The translations under genes and the position numbers were made by a program. Under the pieces are notes generated by a model. It saw only the letters and a list, made by a program, of their open reading frames with translations, had not been told where the DNA came from and made no database searches. Of a DNA stretch of 64,000 nt, positions 40,811-50,777 are shown piece by piece; position 1 is the stretch's first letter, and the number at the start of each line of letters is the position of its first letter. Location: contig CAVSOU010000010.1 in the NCBI GenBank assembly GCA_963729625.1, positions 960,001-1,024,000 on the forward strand. The letters are read 5' to 3'. Source of the DNA: an uncultured bacterium. GTDB taxonomy: Bacteria; Chloroflexota; UBA5177; JANWHV01.

Positions 40811-42463
40811 ATGCCGGAGCAGCAGCAAGGAACCGAGGATACCGTCGTCAACGAGGCATCCTTGGCAACCGACCCCACGGGCGTGCCGAATCTGGACCTG
40901 ATTCTGGGCGGCGGGCTGGTACGCGGCACGCTGGCCATCATCGTGGGGCAACCCGGATCCGGGAAGACGACGCTGGCCATACAAATGGCGTTCGCCGCCG
41001 CGCGCGCCGGGCGGCAGGTTTTGATCCTGACCGCGCTGTCCGAGCCGCCGAGCAAGCTCCTCGGACATCTGAGCGCGTACGCGTTCTACGATTCAGCGCT
41101 CATAGGCTTGCGTGTGAAGCTGCTCAGTCTGCAGCCTTTCCTGAGTGCCGGCCTGGCCAGCGCGAGCACTGCCATGATCGACCTGGTGCGCGCCGAGCGC
41201 GCCAGCCTCGTGGTCCTCGATGGCTTCAGCGGCATGCGCGCTACGGGAGCCGATCCGCATTCGGGCCGGCAATTCATGTTCGAGGTCGGCACCGCGTTGA
41301 GCGCGCAAGGAACGACCACGGTCATCACCACCGAAGCCCAGGTGCGCGATCCCAAGTTCTTCCCCGAGGCGACCACGGCCGACACGATCATCGGCATGCA
41401 TTTTGGCGTCTTCGATGAGCGGCAGCGGCGTCGGCTGGAGGTGGTGAAGGCACGCGGCGCCACGCCCCTGTCCGGCCTGCACAGCCTGGAGCTGAGCACG
41501 GCAGGTGTCATCGTATCTCCCCGCCTGGAGGCGCGGGCGGCACGGAGACCGACTGTCCCTGACGACGACAAGGTGGTCGCGGCCGCGCCGCCGCGTCCGG
41601 AAGACGCATCGCGGGCGGTGTTTGACCTCCCGGCGCTCGATGCGCTGCTGGACGGCGGCCTGACGCGTGCCACAACCACCGTGGTGATCGGCAGCGGCGG
41701 CACCGGCAAGACGCTTCTGAGCCTGCACTTTGCTCTGGCCGGCGTGCGGGCCGGTGAGCCGGTGGTGTTCCTGGGCTTCCACGAGGATCGACGGCAACTG
41801 TTACTCAAGGCCGACACCTTCAACCTGGGCCAGGATTTGCGCGCGGGACTGGCAAACGGAGGTGGACTGACGCTGCTGCATTATCCGCCCGTTGAGCTCG
41901 ATGCCGACGCGCTCGCCGACCAGCTTCTGGATGCCCTTGACCGCACGAGCGCGCGGAGATTGGTTGTAGACAGCGTTGCCGTGATCGAGCGCGCGGTCAG
42001 CGAAGGGAGCACGCCGCGCAGGGTGCAGAACTACCTGTCGGCGTTGATCACGGCGTTGCAGGCACGGCGAATCACGGCGCTCTTCACGAAGGAGACCGGC
42101 CCGCTCGCGGGATCCGATCTCGAGCTGGAGACGGACTTGAGCTCAAGCATCGCCGAGAACGTGGTGTGGCTCCAGGGCGTCATCTATCGAGGCAGCTTCT
42201 TCCGGCTACTCTCGGTGCTCAAGATGCGCTTCTCACGCCACGACCTCAGCTTGCGCGAATTCACCATCGCGTCCCCCGCCGGCATCGCCGTGCGGGCGGC
42301 GTCCGAAAGCGCGTCGGGGCTGCTGGCAGGCATCGAGCGCGAGCAGGGAGAGTTCCGGCCGAGCGCGGTTGCGGGCGCAGTCACCAGCCACGCACGCACG
42401 CGCGTGCGCCGCGGCCGTGCACAATCGCGGCTGGCCGAAGACGCGGCCAGGGATCAGGAATGA
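40811..42463 (+). CDS. KaiC-like/RAD55-family double-domain ATPase, copy 1
   Basis: PTGVPNLDLILGGGL, GQPGSGKT, VVLDG, EVVKARG; second domain GSGGTGKT, LVVDS, SVLKMR. Confidence 0.9.
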   Translation: MPEQQQGTEDTVVNEASLATDPTGVPNLDLILGGGLVRGTLAIIVGQPGSGKTTLAIQMAFAAARAGRQVLILTALSEPPSKLLGHLSAYAFYDSALIGLRVKLLSLQPFLSAGLASASTAMIDLVRAERASLVVLDGFSGMRATGADPHSGRQFMFEVGTALSAQGTTTVITTEAQVRDPKFFPEATTADTIIGMHFGVFDERQRRRLEVVKARGATPLSGLHSLELSTAGVIVSPRLEARAARRPTVPDDDKVVAAAPPRPEDASRAVFDLPALDALLDGGLTRATTTVVIGSGGTGKTLLSLHFALAGVRAGEPVVFLGFHEDRRQLLLKADTFNLGQDLRAGLANGGGLTLLHYPPVELDADALADQLLDALDRTSARRLVVDSVAVIERAVSEGSTPRRVQNYLSALITALQARRITALFTKETGPLAGSDLELETDLSSSIAENVVWLQGVIYRGSFFRLLSVLKMRFSRHDLSLREFTIASPAGIAVRAASESASGLLAGIEREQGEFRPSAVAGAVTSHARTRVRRGRAQSRLAEDAARDQE

Positions 42464-42906
42464 GCGCGATGGAATCTGCCTTATCGACGCCGGATGCGTT
42501 AGGACCTGCCCTGGTGCTGATCGCAGAAGACGAGGAGCCGCTGGCCGAGACCGTTGCCCTCGCGGTACGTGAAGCGGGCTACACGCCACTGATAGCCCTC
42601 CATGGCCGGCAGGCCCTGGAGCTCGCGCGGGCGCGGCGGCCTGCGTTGCTCGTCCTGGACCTGATGCTTCCGTATCTCGATGGGGCAACAATTATCACCG
42701 CGCTGCGCGAGGATGCGCGCGCGACGGGCACGATGCCGCCGATAATCCTGATGACCGGGGCCAGCCTGGTGCAGGCCCGGGCAGCCGGTGCCGACGTCGT
42801 GCTACGGAAGCCGTTTCACCTGGCGGATCTCGTGCGATTCCTCCATCGCTTCTTGGCACATGCATCCAATGCCGCTGCGACTGAAGCACGCTCTTCTGAG
42901 GAATGA
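42460..42906 (+). CDS. Single-domain response regulator (receiver), copy 1
   Basis: IAEDEE, LDLMLP, MTG, KPF; ATGA overlap with KaiC-like copy 1. Confidence 0.9.
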   Translation: MSAMESALSTPDALGPALVLIAEDEEPLAETVALAVREAGYTPLIALHGRQALELARARRPALLVLDLMLPYLDGATIITALREDARATGTMPPIILMTGASLVQARAAGADVVLRKPFHLADLVRFLHRFLAHASNAAATEARSSEE

Positions 42907-43059
42907 GGCAGAATTGCATTGGCTAGCGACATGGCGGCACGACCGCTGTGGAAAGCGGGATGGTCGTCGCGAACACCTTCGCCGTCCGGCGCCCGCCACG
43001 GCACCGTCGACCAGTCCAACGTGCGAGTCTGATGAGCCGGAGAGAACCACGAGGAAAGG

Positions 43060-44628
43060 ATGGAGATGTATAGCGAACCGCATGAGAAAGTCGGCACCGA
43101 GGCAGAAGCAGCGCCGGAGTCGCTTGATCCGACCGGCGTGCCGAACCTGGATCTGCTGCTCGGCGGGGGTATGCCCCGAGGCGCCCTGGTGCTGCTGGTG
43201 GGTTCGCCCGGCAGTGGCAAGACAACTCTCGCCAGCCAGATGGCGTTCACCGCGGCGCGTGGCGGACGACGTGTCCTGATCCTCACGGCGCTCGCCGAGC
43301 CCGCCAACAAGCTTATCGCGCACCTGCGCTCCTTCACCTTCTACGACGAGTCGTTGGTAGGTGATGTGGTGCAGGTGTTCAGCTTGGCTCAGCATCTGGC
43401 GGAAGGGCTGAGCCAGGCCGCACTGCAAGTCATGGCGATGGTACGCCAGACGCGAGCCGATGTGGTCGTGCTGGATGGCTTTCGCGCTGTGATCGACGCG
43501 TCGGGCGACTCGCAAGGCGCGCGCGCCTTCCTGTATAAGGTGGGAACGGCCCTAAGCATGCCCGGCGTAACGGTGATCATCACCGCCGAGGCGACCCCCC
43601 GCGACCCCACGATCTTCCCCGAGGTCACAACCGCGGATGTGCTGTTGGGCTTGCACTACGGTCTTGAGGGTGCGCGACACCACCGGGCGATCGAAGTCAT
43701 TAAGCTGCGCGGTACAGCCCCCTTGGGTGGCCTGCATTGCCTTGCGATCTCGACATCTGGGGCTGTGATCTATCCCCGGCTGGAGGCGCGAGTGGCGTCC
43801 CTCGCCGAGCAGGCGGAAGAGGCGGCCGAATCGGATGAGCGCGCCGCGTTCGGTCTGCCCGAGCTGGACGCGCTCCTCTCGGGAGGCCTCACGCGCCAGA
43901 CCAGCACGTTGCTGCTGGGCAGCCTTGGCACGGGCAAGACGCTGCTCGGCCTGCATTTTGCCCTGGCCTGCGTTGCGGCGGGCGACGCAACCGTGTTCCT
44001 GGGCTTCCGCGAGTCGCGCGCCCAATTGCTGCGGCTGGCCGACATCTTCGCCCTGGGGCCACGCCTGCGCGCCGCGCTTGCTCAGGGAGGGGGGCTTGCG
44101 CTCCTGCGCTTGGACCCGGTAGAGCTCGACCCGGACATCGTAGCGGACGAGCTACTGGCCGCGCTCGACGCACACGGGGCACGGCGGCTGGTAGTAGACA
44201 GCGTCGCCGAGCTTGAGCGCGCGGCGGGCACTCGCGATGCACGACGCGTGGACGATTATCTGGCAGCGCTGCTCAAGGCACTGCGTGCGCGCGGGGTGAC
44301 CGCGCTTTTCGTCAAGGAGAACCGGACGCTGCTGACAGAGCAGTTGCAGTTCACAGCCGACGCGCTCGCGATCCTGGCCGAGAACGTACTGGTGCTGCAG
44401 CAGGTCACCTATCGGGATCAGCTCGTTCGCGTGCTTTCGGTGCTCAAGATGCGCTTCTCGGCGCATGATGTGGCACTGCGTGAGTTCCGCATCACGCCGA
44501 CAGGCATCATGGTGCTTGCCCCCAGGGAGACGCGTGCCGAGCTGCTGACAGGGATCGCACGCCAACAGGGAGCACCGATTGCCGCCAGTGAGAATGTCGC
44601 TGAGTCCCCACCGAAGACAACTCCGTGA
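43060..44628 (+). CDS. KaiC-like/RAD55-family double-domain ATPase, copy 2
   Basis: PTGVPNLDLLLGGG, GSPGSGKT, EVIKLRG; second domain GSLGTGKT, LVVDS, SVLKMR. Confidence 0.9.
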   Translation: MEMYSEPHEKVGTEAEAAPESLDPTGVPNLDLLLGGGMPRGALVLLVGSPGSGKTTLASQMAFTAARGGRRVLILTALAEPANKLIAHLRSFTFYDESLVGDVVQVFSLAQHLAEGLSQAALQVMAMVRQTRADVVVLDGFRAVIDASGDSQGARAFLYKVGTALSMPGVTVIITAEATPRDPTIFPEVTTADVLLGLHYGLEGARHHRAIEVIKLRGTAPLGGLHCLAISTSGAVIYPRLEARVASLAEQAEEAAESDERAAFGLPELDALLSGGLTRQTSTLLLGSLGTGKTLLGLHFALACVAAGDATVFLGFRESRAQLLRLADIFALGPRLRAALAQGGGLALLRLDPVELDPDIVADELLAALDAHGARRLVVDSVAELERAAGTRDARRVDDYLAALLKALRARGVTALFVKENRTLLTEQLQFTADALAILAENVLVLQQVTYRDQLVRVLSVLKMRFSAHDVALREFRITPTGIMVLAPRETRAELLTGIARQQGAPIAASENVAESPPKTTP

Positions 44629-45038
44629 CTATACCGACTCCGCCCGTTGTCCTGATCGTCGACGATGATGAGCCCATCGCGCAGTACGTGGCCGATGTGG
44701 TGGCCCAGGCGGGATATCACCCCGTGATTGCGATGAACGGGCAAGAGGCGATCGGGCTAGTACGGGCGCATTCGCCTGCGTTGGTCATCACCGACCTGAT
44801 GATGCCGTACCTGAGTGTTGCCGAGCTGATCGCGGCCTTGCGGGCCGAGGCGGTCAAGAACGGAGCGCGCATTCCGGTGATTCTGATCACGGCGGTCGGC
44901 CTCCCCGTTGCGCGCGCCGCTGGGGCCGACGCCATCCTGCGCAAGCCTTTCAGACTGGAATACCTGCTGGCGCTGCTGCACCGGTTTCTCGCTGCGGGCA
45001 GCTCGGAACGCACATCGCGAGCGGCGAAGGACGAGTAG
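44625..45038 (+). CDS. Single-domain response regulator (receiver), copy 2
   Basis: IVDDDE, TDLMMP, ITA, KPF; GTGA overlap with KaiC-like copy 2. Confidence 0.9.
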   Translation: MTIPTPPVVLIVDDDEPIAQYVADVVAQAGYHPVIAMNGQEAIGLVRAHSPALVITDLMMPYLSVAELIAALRAEAVKNGARIPVILITAVGLPVARAAGADAILRKPFRLEYLLALLHRFLAAGSSERTSRAAKDE

Positions 45039-45120
45039 TTCGACGTATCATTCGTAACCGGTGGACGGCGCGGCCATTGCGCCTCGCGGAGAACACACGT
45101 CTGACATTGAGACACATGCA

Positions 45121-45154
45121 TCGGCCCCCGTCTCTTGATAGAGACGGGGGCCGA
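45121..45154. terminator. Hairpin, probable bidirectional terminator
   Basis: 15-bp perfect stem TCGGCCCCCGTCTCT/AGAGACGGGGGCCGA between convergent genes; no long U tract. Confidence 0.7.
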
Positions 45155-45170
45155 CCTTGCGGAGGGACGA

Positions 45171-47768
45171 CTAGAAGACCAGGATGGCGGCCTGGGCATG
45201 ACGGCCGCTCTTGGCGCCGGTCGCCAGCAGCGTCGCCTTGACCCTATGGAATTGCGACGGCATCCGGAAGCTGGCATGAGCGAAGTTGCCATGGCTGTCG
45301 GCAGAGACCGCAAGCACCAACTGGCCGTTCACGCGCAACAACACGATCTCGCGTGCTGTATAGCCGTGTCCGGACACGGTAACAGTCCCGTTCCGCTGCA
45401 CTACCGTGGGCGACACCGAGATGCCGACGCCCGGAATCGCCGTGACGCGGACGTGCACCGTTGCGGAACGCCCGCTGCGCGCGCCGGTCACGCTCACCGA
45501 GAAGGTGCCGTAGGGGCTGTTCACGGGCACCTGGAAGCTGGCCTTACCGAAGTTGCCGTGGCTGTCGACCTCGGCAGCTCCCGCCAAACTCCCGCGGAAG
45601 CGAATCAGCACGATCTCGCCACCTTGATAGCCGCTACCGGACACGGTGACCTTGCTGCCCCGGTGCAGATTCGTCGACGACAGCGTGAGCCGCGGCGCGG
45701 CAGGCGCCGCGGCGATGATGTGCAGCGCTGCCCTGGCGCTGCGCCCACTGCGCGAGCCGGTCGTCGTGACGTAGGTGACGCCGTAGGGCGCGGTACCCGG
45801 CACCGTGAAGCCGGCATTGGCGAAGTGACCGTTGCCGTCGGTGGCGATCGCCTGTACGAGGGTGTTGCCGAAGCGGATCAGGACGACCTCGCCGGCCACA
45901 AAGTTGGCGCCACTCACCCGCACGACGGCCCCGCGATGGGCCGTGCTCGGCGCGAGCCCGATGCTCGCCGTCACCGGCTGCACCACGCGCAAGGTGGTGG
46001 AGGCAACCCGGTGGCTGATCGCCCCGGTGACGCTCAGGGTATGCGTGCCCAGCGCGGCGCTGAAGGCGCGCAGGCTGCTGAAGGTTCCGGATCCATTGGC
46101 GGCGATGATCCCCACAAGGACATTGTCCAGGCGCACGAGCACCTGCTCACCCGGCGTGAAACCAGAGCCGCTGAGCGTGGCATTCTTTCCTGGCGTAATA
46201 GTGGAGGGATTCACATACAGCCGCGGCGTGATCACCGGTGGCGCGGCGTTGACGGTCAGCACGACCGAGGCGCCGCGGCCGCTGCTGGCGCCGACTGCCA
46301 GCACCTTGTAGCGGCCGGGTCCCAGCGTGCTCGGCACGATGAAGACGCCATTGGTGAAGGAGCCTGACGCGCTGGCGGTCAGGTACTGCACCAGCACGTT
46401 ATTCACGCTGACCAGGACGGTCTCGCCGGGCTGGTAACCCGTGCCGGCCACCAGCACCTGCATGCCAATCGTGGCGCTGAGCGGGCTGATGGCGATACCT
46501 GCCACAGGCACGGGTTGCGGCGCCACCACGATCAGCGCGGTGCTCGCCGAGCGCTGGCTGGTCGCGCCGAAGGCCGTGACGTGATACGTGCCCGAGGCCG
46601 TGCCGGACGGCACGGTGAGCACCACGCCGGCGAAGTTGCCGGCGCTGTTCGCGGCGATGCCGCTCTCCAGGGTCCCGTTGAACCGGATCAGGACCGTCTC
46701 ATTCGGCGCAAAGCCACTGCCGCTGATCACCACCTGCGAGCCAGGGCTGGTGACCGCCGCGCTGATGATCACGACCGGATTGGCCGGCGGTGTCGGTGCA
46801 GGCGTCGCGCTTGCCGTCGCGGTGGCCGTGGCCGACGTCGGCGCCACCACTGCCACCTGGGTGCTTATGGAGCGCGCGCTGCTCGCGCCATACACTTGCA
46901 GCGCGTAGCTTCCGGGACCCAGATTTGCGGGCACCGGCAGCTTCGTCAAGGCGAACGCCCCGTCTCCGTCGGTCGTGACGACCACGGCGCTCACGCCGCC
47001 GTTGAGAAAGATCTCGGCCCGCTCATTCGCTTTGAAGCCGGCGCCCTTGACGCTGAGGTCCGTGCCGAACACAGCCGGATTGGGCGTCATGGAGATGGTC
47101 GGCGCCGGCGCCGGCGCGATAACGTGAAAGATCTGCACGCCAAAGAGGCCACTCTGGTTACCCTGGGCGTAGACATGATGCAGGCCAATGCTCACGCCCG
47201 TCGGGATAGGCACGTTTACCACGAGCGCGCCCTGGCCGTCGGCGACCGCCGTGAAGCTCACGCCGTTCGGCGCACTGACCGCCACGGTCTCGCCGGGTCG
47301 GAACCCGCCGGCTGCCAACGGCAGCGAACCGCCTGCCGTGGCACTTGTCTGGCTGAGGTTGAGCTGGACCGGGTTAGCCTGGATCGGAGCCCACGGCCAG
47401 ATGAGTCCGCCGGCCACGGTATGCAGGGTCAATACGGTGCCGTCCGGCAGCGTCGCGACAGTACCGGGATCCAGGTTGATAATGGTTGATGAGTCGTAGG
47501 CAAGGGCGCTGAATGTGGCGGGCGAATCGATCCAATGTCGCGCCTGGGCCCAGACCAGGTAGACCCGGCTAGACGACGTGTCGCGGATCAGCGTGCCATC
47601 GGGCAGCGTCGCCGTCGCGACGGCGCGAGCAGGCGCGGACATCACCGTGGCCGCATGCGCCGGCAGACCGGACATGCCGGGCAGCAAGAGCAGCGCGAAC
47701 AGGATACCGGCGCCAAGGCGCAGGGCAGAGCGCATACCGCGACCGGCGTCATTGATGAGTGTGGACAT
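45171..47768 (-). CDS. Large secreted protein with eight Ig-like repeats
   Basis: Signal peptide (PAHA), eight GxG(F/Y)xxxExV modules; RBS AAGGAG. Confidence 0.85.
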   Translation of the reverse strand: MSTLINDAGRGMRSALRLGAGILFALLLLPGMSGLPAHAATVMSAPARAVATATLPDGTLIRDTSSSRVYLVWAQARHWIDSPATFSALAYDSSTIINLDPGTVATLPDGTVLTLHTVAGGLIWPWAPIQANPVQLNLSQTSATAGGSLPLAAGGFRPGETVAVSAPNGVSFTAVADGQGALVVNVPIPTGVSIGLHHVYAQGNQSGLFGVQIFHVIAPAPAPTISMTPNPAVFGTDLSVKGAGFKANERAEIFLNGGVSAVVVTTDGDGAFALTKLPVPANLGPGSYALQVYGASSARSISTQVAVVAPTSATATATASATPAPTPPANPVVIISAAVTSPGSQVVISGSGFAPNETVLIRFNGTLESGIAANSAGNFAGVVLTVPSGTASGTYHVTAFGATSQRSASTALIVVAPQPVPVAGIAISPLSATIGMQVLVAGTGYQPGETVLVSVNNVLVQYLTASASGSFTNGVFIVPSTLGPGRYKVLAVGASSGRGASVVLTVNAAPPVITPRLYVNPSTITPGKNATLSGSGFTPGEQVLVRLDNVLVGIIAANGSGTFSSLRAFSAALGTHTLSVTGAISHRVASTTLRVVQPVTASIGLAPSTAHRGAVVRVSGANFVAGEVVLIRFGNTLVQAIATDGNGHFANAGFTVPGTAPYGVTYVTTTGSRSGRSARAALHIIAAAPAAPRLTLSSTNLHRGSKVTVSGSGYQGGEIVLIRFRGSLAGAAEVDSHGNFGKASFQVPVNSPYGTFSVSVTGARSGRSATVHVRVTAIPGVGISVSPTVVQRNGTVTVSGHGYTAREIVLLRVNGQLVLAVSADSHGNFAHASFRMPSQFHRVKATLLATGAKSGRHAQAAILVF

Positions 47769-47873
47769 TTGTTTCTCCTTCTGAGAGACCTTTCTCGGGC
47801 CCGCCCCAGGGCGCGGCGCTCATTGCGCCACGCGCTGGGGCGCCGATCTCGAACCTGCCCCAGTGCCTCAGCG

Positions 47874-50777
47874 CTACTGCGCCACGCCCTGGGTGCTGGT
47901 CGCCTGCTGGGTCCTGGTATTCAGCTCCGACTGCTCGGCAAGGAAGACCCGGTCGTTCGTACTCTTGAGCATTGCCCCGTAGCGGCCAGCGGATAGACCG
48001 GGAATCGCGTTGACGTTCAGAGCCGTGTCGCTGTACGGCGGAAGGTTCAGATCCTGTGTGACGGTGGAGCCGGCCGCGGTGTAGAACGTGGCATGTATCG
48101 TGGCGGTCTTCAGACCCGGGTTGAACAGGAAGATCGTGGACTGCGTGCCATCGGCCGTGCCGCCGCCGGGTAAGGCCCAGGAGAGTCCGCCGCCGTTGCT
48201 GCCAAAGACCACGCTGCCCGAGGTGGCCAGGCCCAGGTTCGCCGGTCCGTTATAGTCCGGCCGCTCCACGACCACCGGCACATTGCTCGTCAGGATAGTG
48301 GCTACTTCGGCGTTGGGCAGTACGTCGTTGAGCTTGATGTTGCCGCGCCGCAGCGCGTTGACGACAATCGTCCGCGACCCGACCGGCTTGCCCGTGCGGT
48401 CGAAGAACGTCGCGGTCACCGCGGCAGGCGCTGCCTGGTTGGGGTTCAAGATGCTGAAGAACGTCTGGTGATCGCCGGAGCTGACACCCTGGGCAAAGAA
48501 CCAAACCGTCGAGGCGCTGGTGACGCCGATCTTGTCATGTGCGCCACGACCCCCGATGCCGAAGCGCATGGTGCGTTCCACCACCACGTCCGTATTGGCC
48601 GTGACGATGGCGCTGAAAGACTGCCCGGGCATGTACTGGCTGGCGTCAATCGTGATGTTCGAGCGCGGTTGCAGCTCGAAGCGGACCTCGCGAGCCGGCC
48701 GGTCGTTGAAGGGGAGGAAGCGCACGTCGACCGCGGCGAAGGTCGTGGCCGGGTTCATCACCGCGATTTGCTCGCGGAAGCTCCCATTGGTGTAGCCCTC
48801 CGCCAGGTACCAGGTCTTCGCTGGCCCCGGCGCGCCCAGTGCGGTCGTTGCATCGCCCGTGCCGTAGCTGACACTGCTCTCAGCGCTGATCTGGCGGTCG
48901 GCCTCCAGCAGCGTGGAGACATGGCGGCCCGGCCCGGCCGCCTGCGCCAGGTCGATGGACGCCACGCTGTGCGGCGCCACGACCATCGAGTAGGTGCGCT
49001 CCGGCCCGTCCTGATAGAGGAAGGTCATCTTCACGCTAGCAGGAAGATCTCCGGGATTGAGCATGGAGATGGTGGTCCGCGTGTTCCCGGTGGTGTCACC
49101 ATTGACGAAGTACCAGCGCGTCGCAACTGGCAGCGTCGCCGTGAGGTTGGTCGAGATGCTCGCCCTGCTGCTGACGCCACTGGCTATCACGATGTTCGTG
49201 CCGTTGATCACCGTGGCGGGCGTCACGAACGTCGCGCCGAAGTGGCCGATACCGTCGGCCAGAACGGTGGTCGGCGCGGTAAGCAGTGCCGACCCGTTGA
49301 GCGCAAGCACGATCTGCTCACCAGGAGCGAAGCCGCTGCCTTGCACCGCCACGGTCGCGCCTGGCGACAGGGTGCCAGTGGAAAGCGTGAGACGGGGGGC
49401 CAGGGCCGCGACCTTAGTGTCGAGGCTGGCCACCGTCTTGCCCCCGACCATCGCCTGCAGGGCATAGGGGCCGGCAGGAGTGGTCGCGGGCAGCGTGACA
49501 CCCGCCGGACCGATGGCGCCCTTGCTCGTGGCGCCGATCGTGGCCAGTGGTATGGTCCCGCCCGGGCCGGCAAGGGTGATGGTCACCTGGCCGCCGGCCG
49601 GGAAGTTGCTCCCTGCCAGCTGCACCAGCCCGCCGGGACTGAGCAGGTAGACCGCGCCGGCTACGTGCGTGGTGTCCAGAATGCCGAGGATCGGCGCTGC
49701 CGGCGGCGGCGCCTGCACGGTAAGCGGGCTTGTTGCCGACCGGCCGCTGGTATGCCCAAACGCGGTCAACGTCAAGGAGCCGGAGGGCACGAGCGTGGGA
49801 ATCACCAGCTTGGCGATGCTGAACGCACCGCCGGTGTTGGCCACGACGGCCGCCAGAGTCAGAGCCGGCAAGGTGCCGCCTGTCAGCTGGATGGAGACCG
49901 TCTCGCCGGGGATGTATCCCTTGCCGGAAACGCTGAGGGCGTCGCCTGCCTTGATGGAGCTACTGCCAAGGGACAGGACCGCGGGCAGGGACCCGATGGC
50001 AATCTGGGCCGTACTGCTCAGGTGGCTGCTTGCCCCGGTAGCGACGGCGCTGTCCGTTCCTTGTGGCGTGTTCGCCGGTACGCTTGTGTTCAGGCTAAAG
50101 GAGCCCGCCGCGTTGGCGCGTACCGTACCCAGCTTGGCGCTGCTCGCCAGTGCCACCAGGTCGACCTCCACGAGCTCGCCGGGCTGAAAGTGGCTGCCGC
50201 TGACGCTGATCCGGTCGCCCGGCTTGGCGGAAGTGGGTGCGACCAGCAACGTGGCCACCGCGGCATGGACCGTGACCAGCACGGTCGCCCGCTGTTTGGA
50301 AAGTTGGCCGGAAGCGACCAGCTGCACCTTGCCGGCCGGGGCGTTGAAGGGCACCTGAATGGTCTTCGGTCCGAAGTTGCCCGATGTGCCGGCACGCGTT
50401 TGCCCGATCTTCACCGAGGCTGAGCCGGAGGGTGTCATCAGGTAGATGAATACCATTTCGCCCGCTGTGAACCCTGTCCCCTGGACTTTGATGCTGTCAC
50501 TGGGGGCGAAGGCTGTTGGGCTACTGCTAAGGGAAGCAGTGGGGGTCAGCGCCGCCGTGGGGGTCAGCGTCGCCGTGGCTGTAACGTCCCCTGCGCCCTG
50601 CAGCACGAGTAGCTGCTGCGTCTGGGCACCTTGCGGCACGATAGCTTGGGATGTCGACGCGCCGGCGGCGCGAACGGATCCAGCAGGGCCGCTCGTGCCA
50701 AGGGCCGCGGGTACCACGAACAGGAGCAAGAACGCGCTGGTAATGATACGCGCAAGGATCGCGTGATGATGTCGCAT
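47874..50777 (-). CDS. Large secreted protein: five Ig-like repeats plus four WY(F/L)AEG-type (DUF5719-like) domains
   Basis: Signal peptide; GxGFxxGE modules; WYFVNG, WYLAEG, WFFAQG, WALPGG each followed by xNP; ATG 50777 behind AAGGAGG. Confidence 0.85.
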   Translation of the reverse strand: MRHHHAILARIITSAFLLLFVVPAALGTSGPAGSVRAAGASTSQAIVPQGAQTQQLLVLQGAGDVTATATLTPTAALTPTASLSSSPTAFAPSDSIKVQGTGFTAGEMVFIYLMTPSGSASVKIGQTRAGTSGNFGPKTIQVPFNAPAGKVQLVASGQLSKQRATVLVTVHAAVATLLVAPTSAKPGDRISVSGSHFQPGELVEVDLVALASSAKLGTVRANAAGSFSLNTSVPANTPQGTDSAVATGASSHLSSTAQIAIGSLPAVLSLGSSSIKAGDALSVSGKGYIPGETVSIQLTGGTLPALTLAAVVANTGGAFSIAKLVIPTLVPSGSLTLTAFGHTSGRSATSPLTVQAPPPAAPILGILDTTHVAGAVYLLSPGGLVQLAGSNFPAGGQVTITLAGPGGTIPLATIGATSKGAIGPAGVTLPATTPAGPYALQAMVGGKTVASLDTKVAALAPRLTLSTGTLSPGATVAVQGSGFAPGEQIVLALNGSALLTAPTTVLADGIGHFGATFVTPATVINGTNIVIASGVSSRASISTNLTATLPVATRWYFVNGDTTGNTRTTISMLNPGDLPASVKMTFLYQDGPERTYSMVVAPHSVASIDLAQAAGPGRHVSTLLEADRQISAESSVSYGTGDATTALGAPGPAKTWYLAEGYTNGSFREQIAVMNPATTFAAVDVRFLPFNDRPAREVRFELQPRSNITIDASQYMPGQSFSAIVTANTDVVVERTMRFGIGGRGAHDKIGVTSASTVWFFAQGVSSGDHQTFFSILNPNQAAPAAVTATFFDRTGKPVGSRTIVVNALRRGNIKLNDVLPNAEVATILTSNVPVVVERPDYNGPANLGLATSGSVVFGSNGGGLSWALPGGGTADGTQSTIFLFNPGLKTATIHATFYTAAGSTVTQDLNLPPYSDTALNVNAIPGLSAGRYGAMLKSTNDRVFLAEQSELNTRTQQATSTQGVAQ

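Noticed and set aside
40811-44628. Calling the ATPases true circadian kaiC
   Set aside because: No kaiA/kaiB in the window, EE motifs and phosphosites diverge; better described as KaiC-like/RAD55 family.
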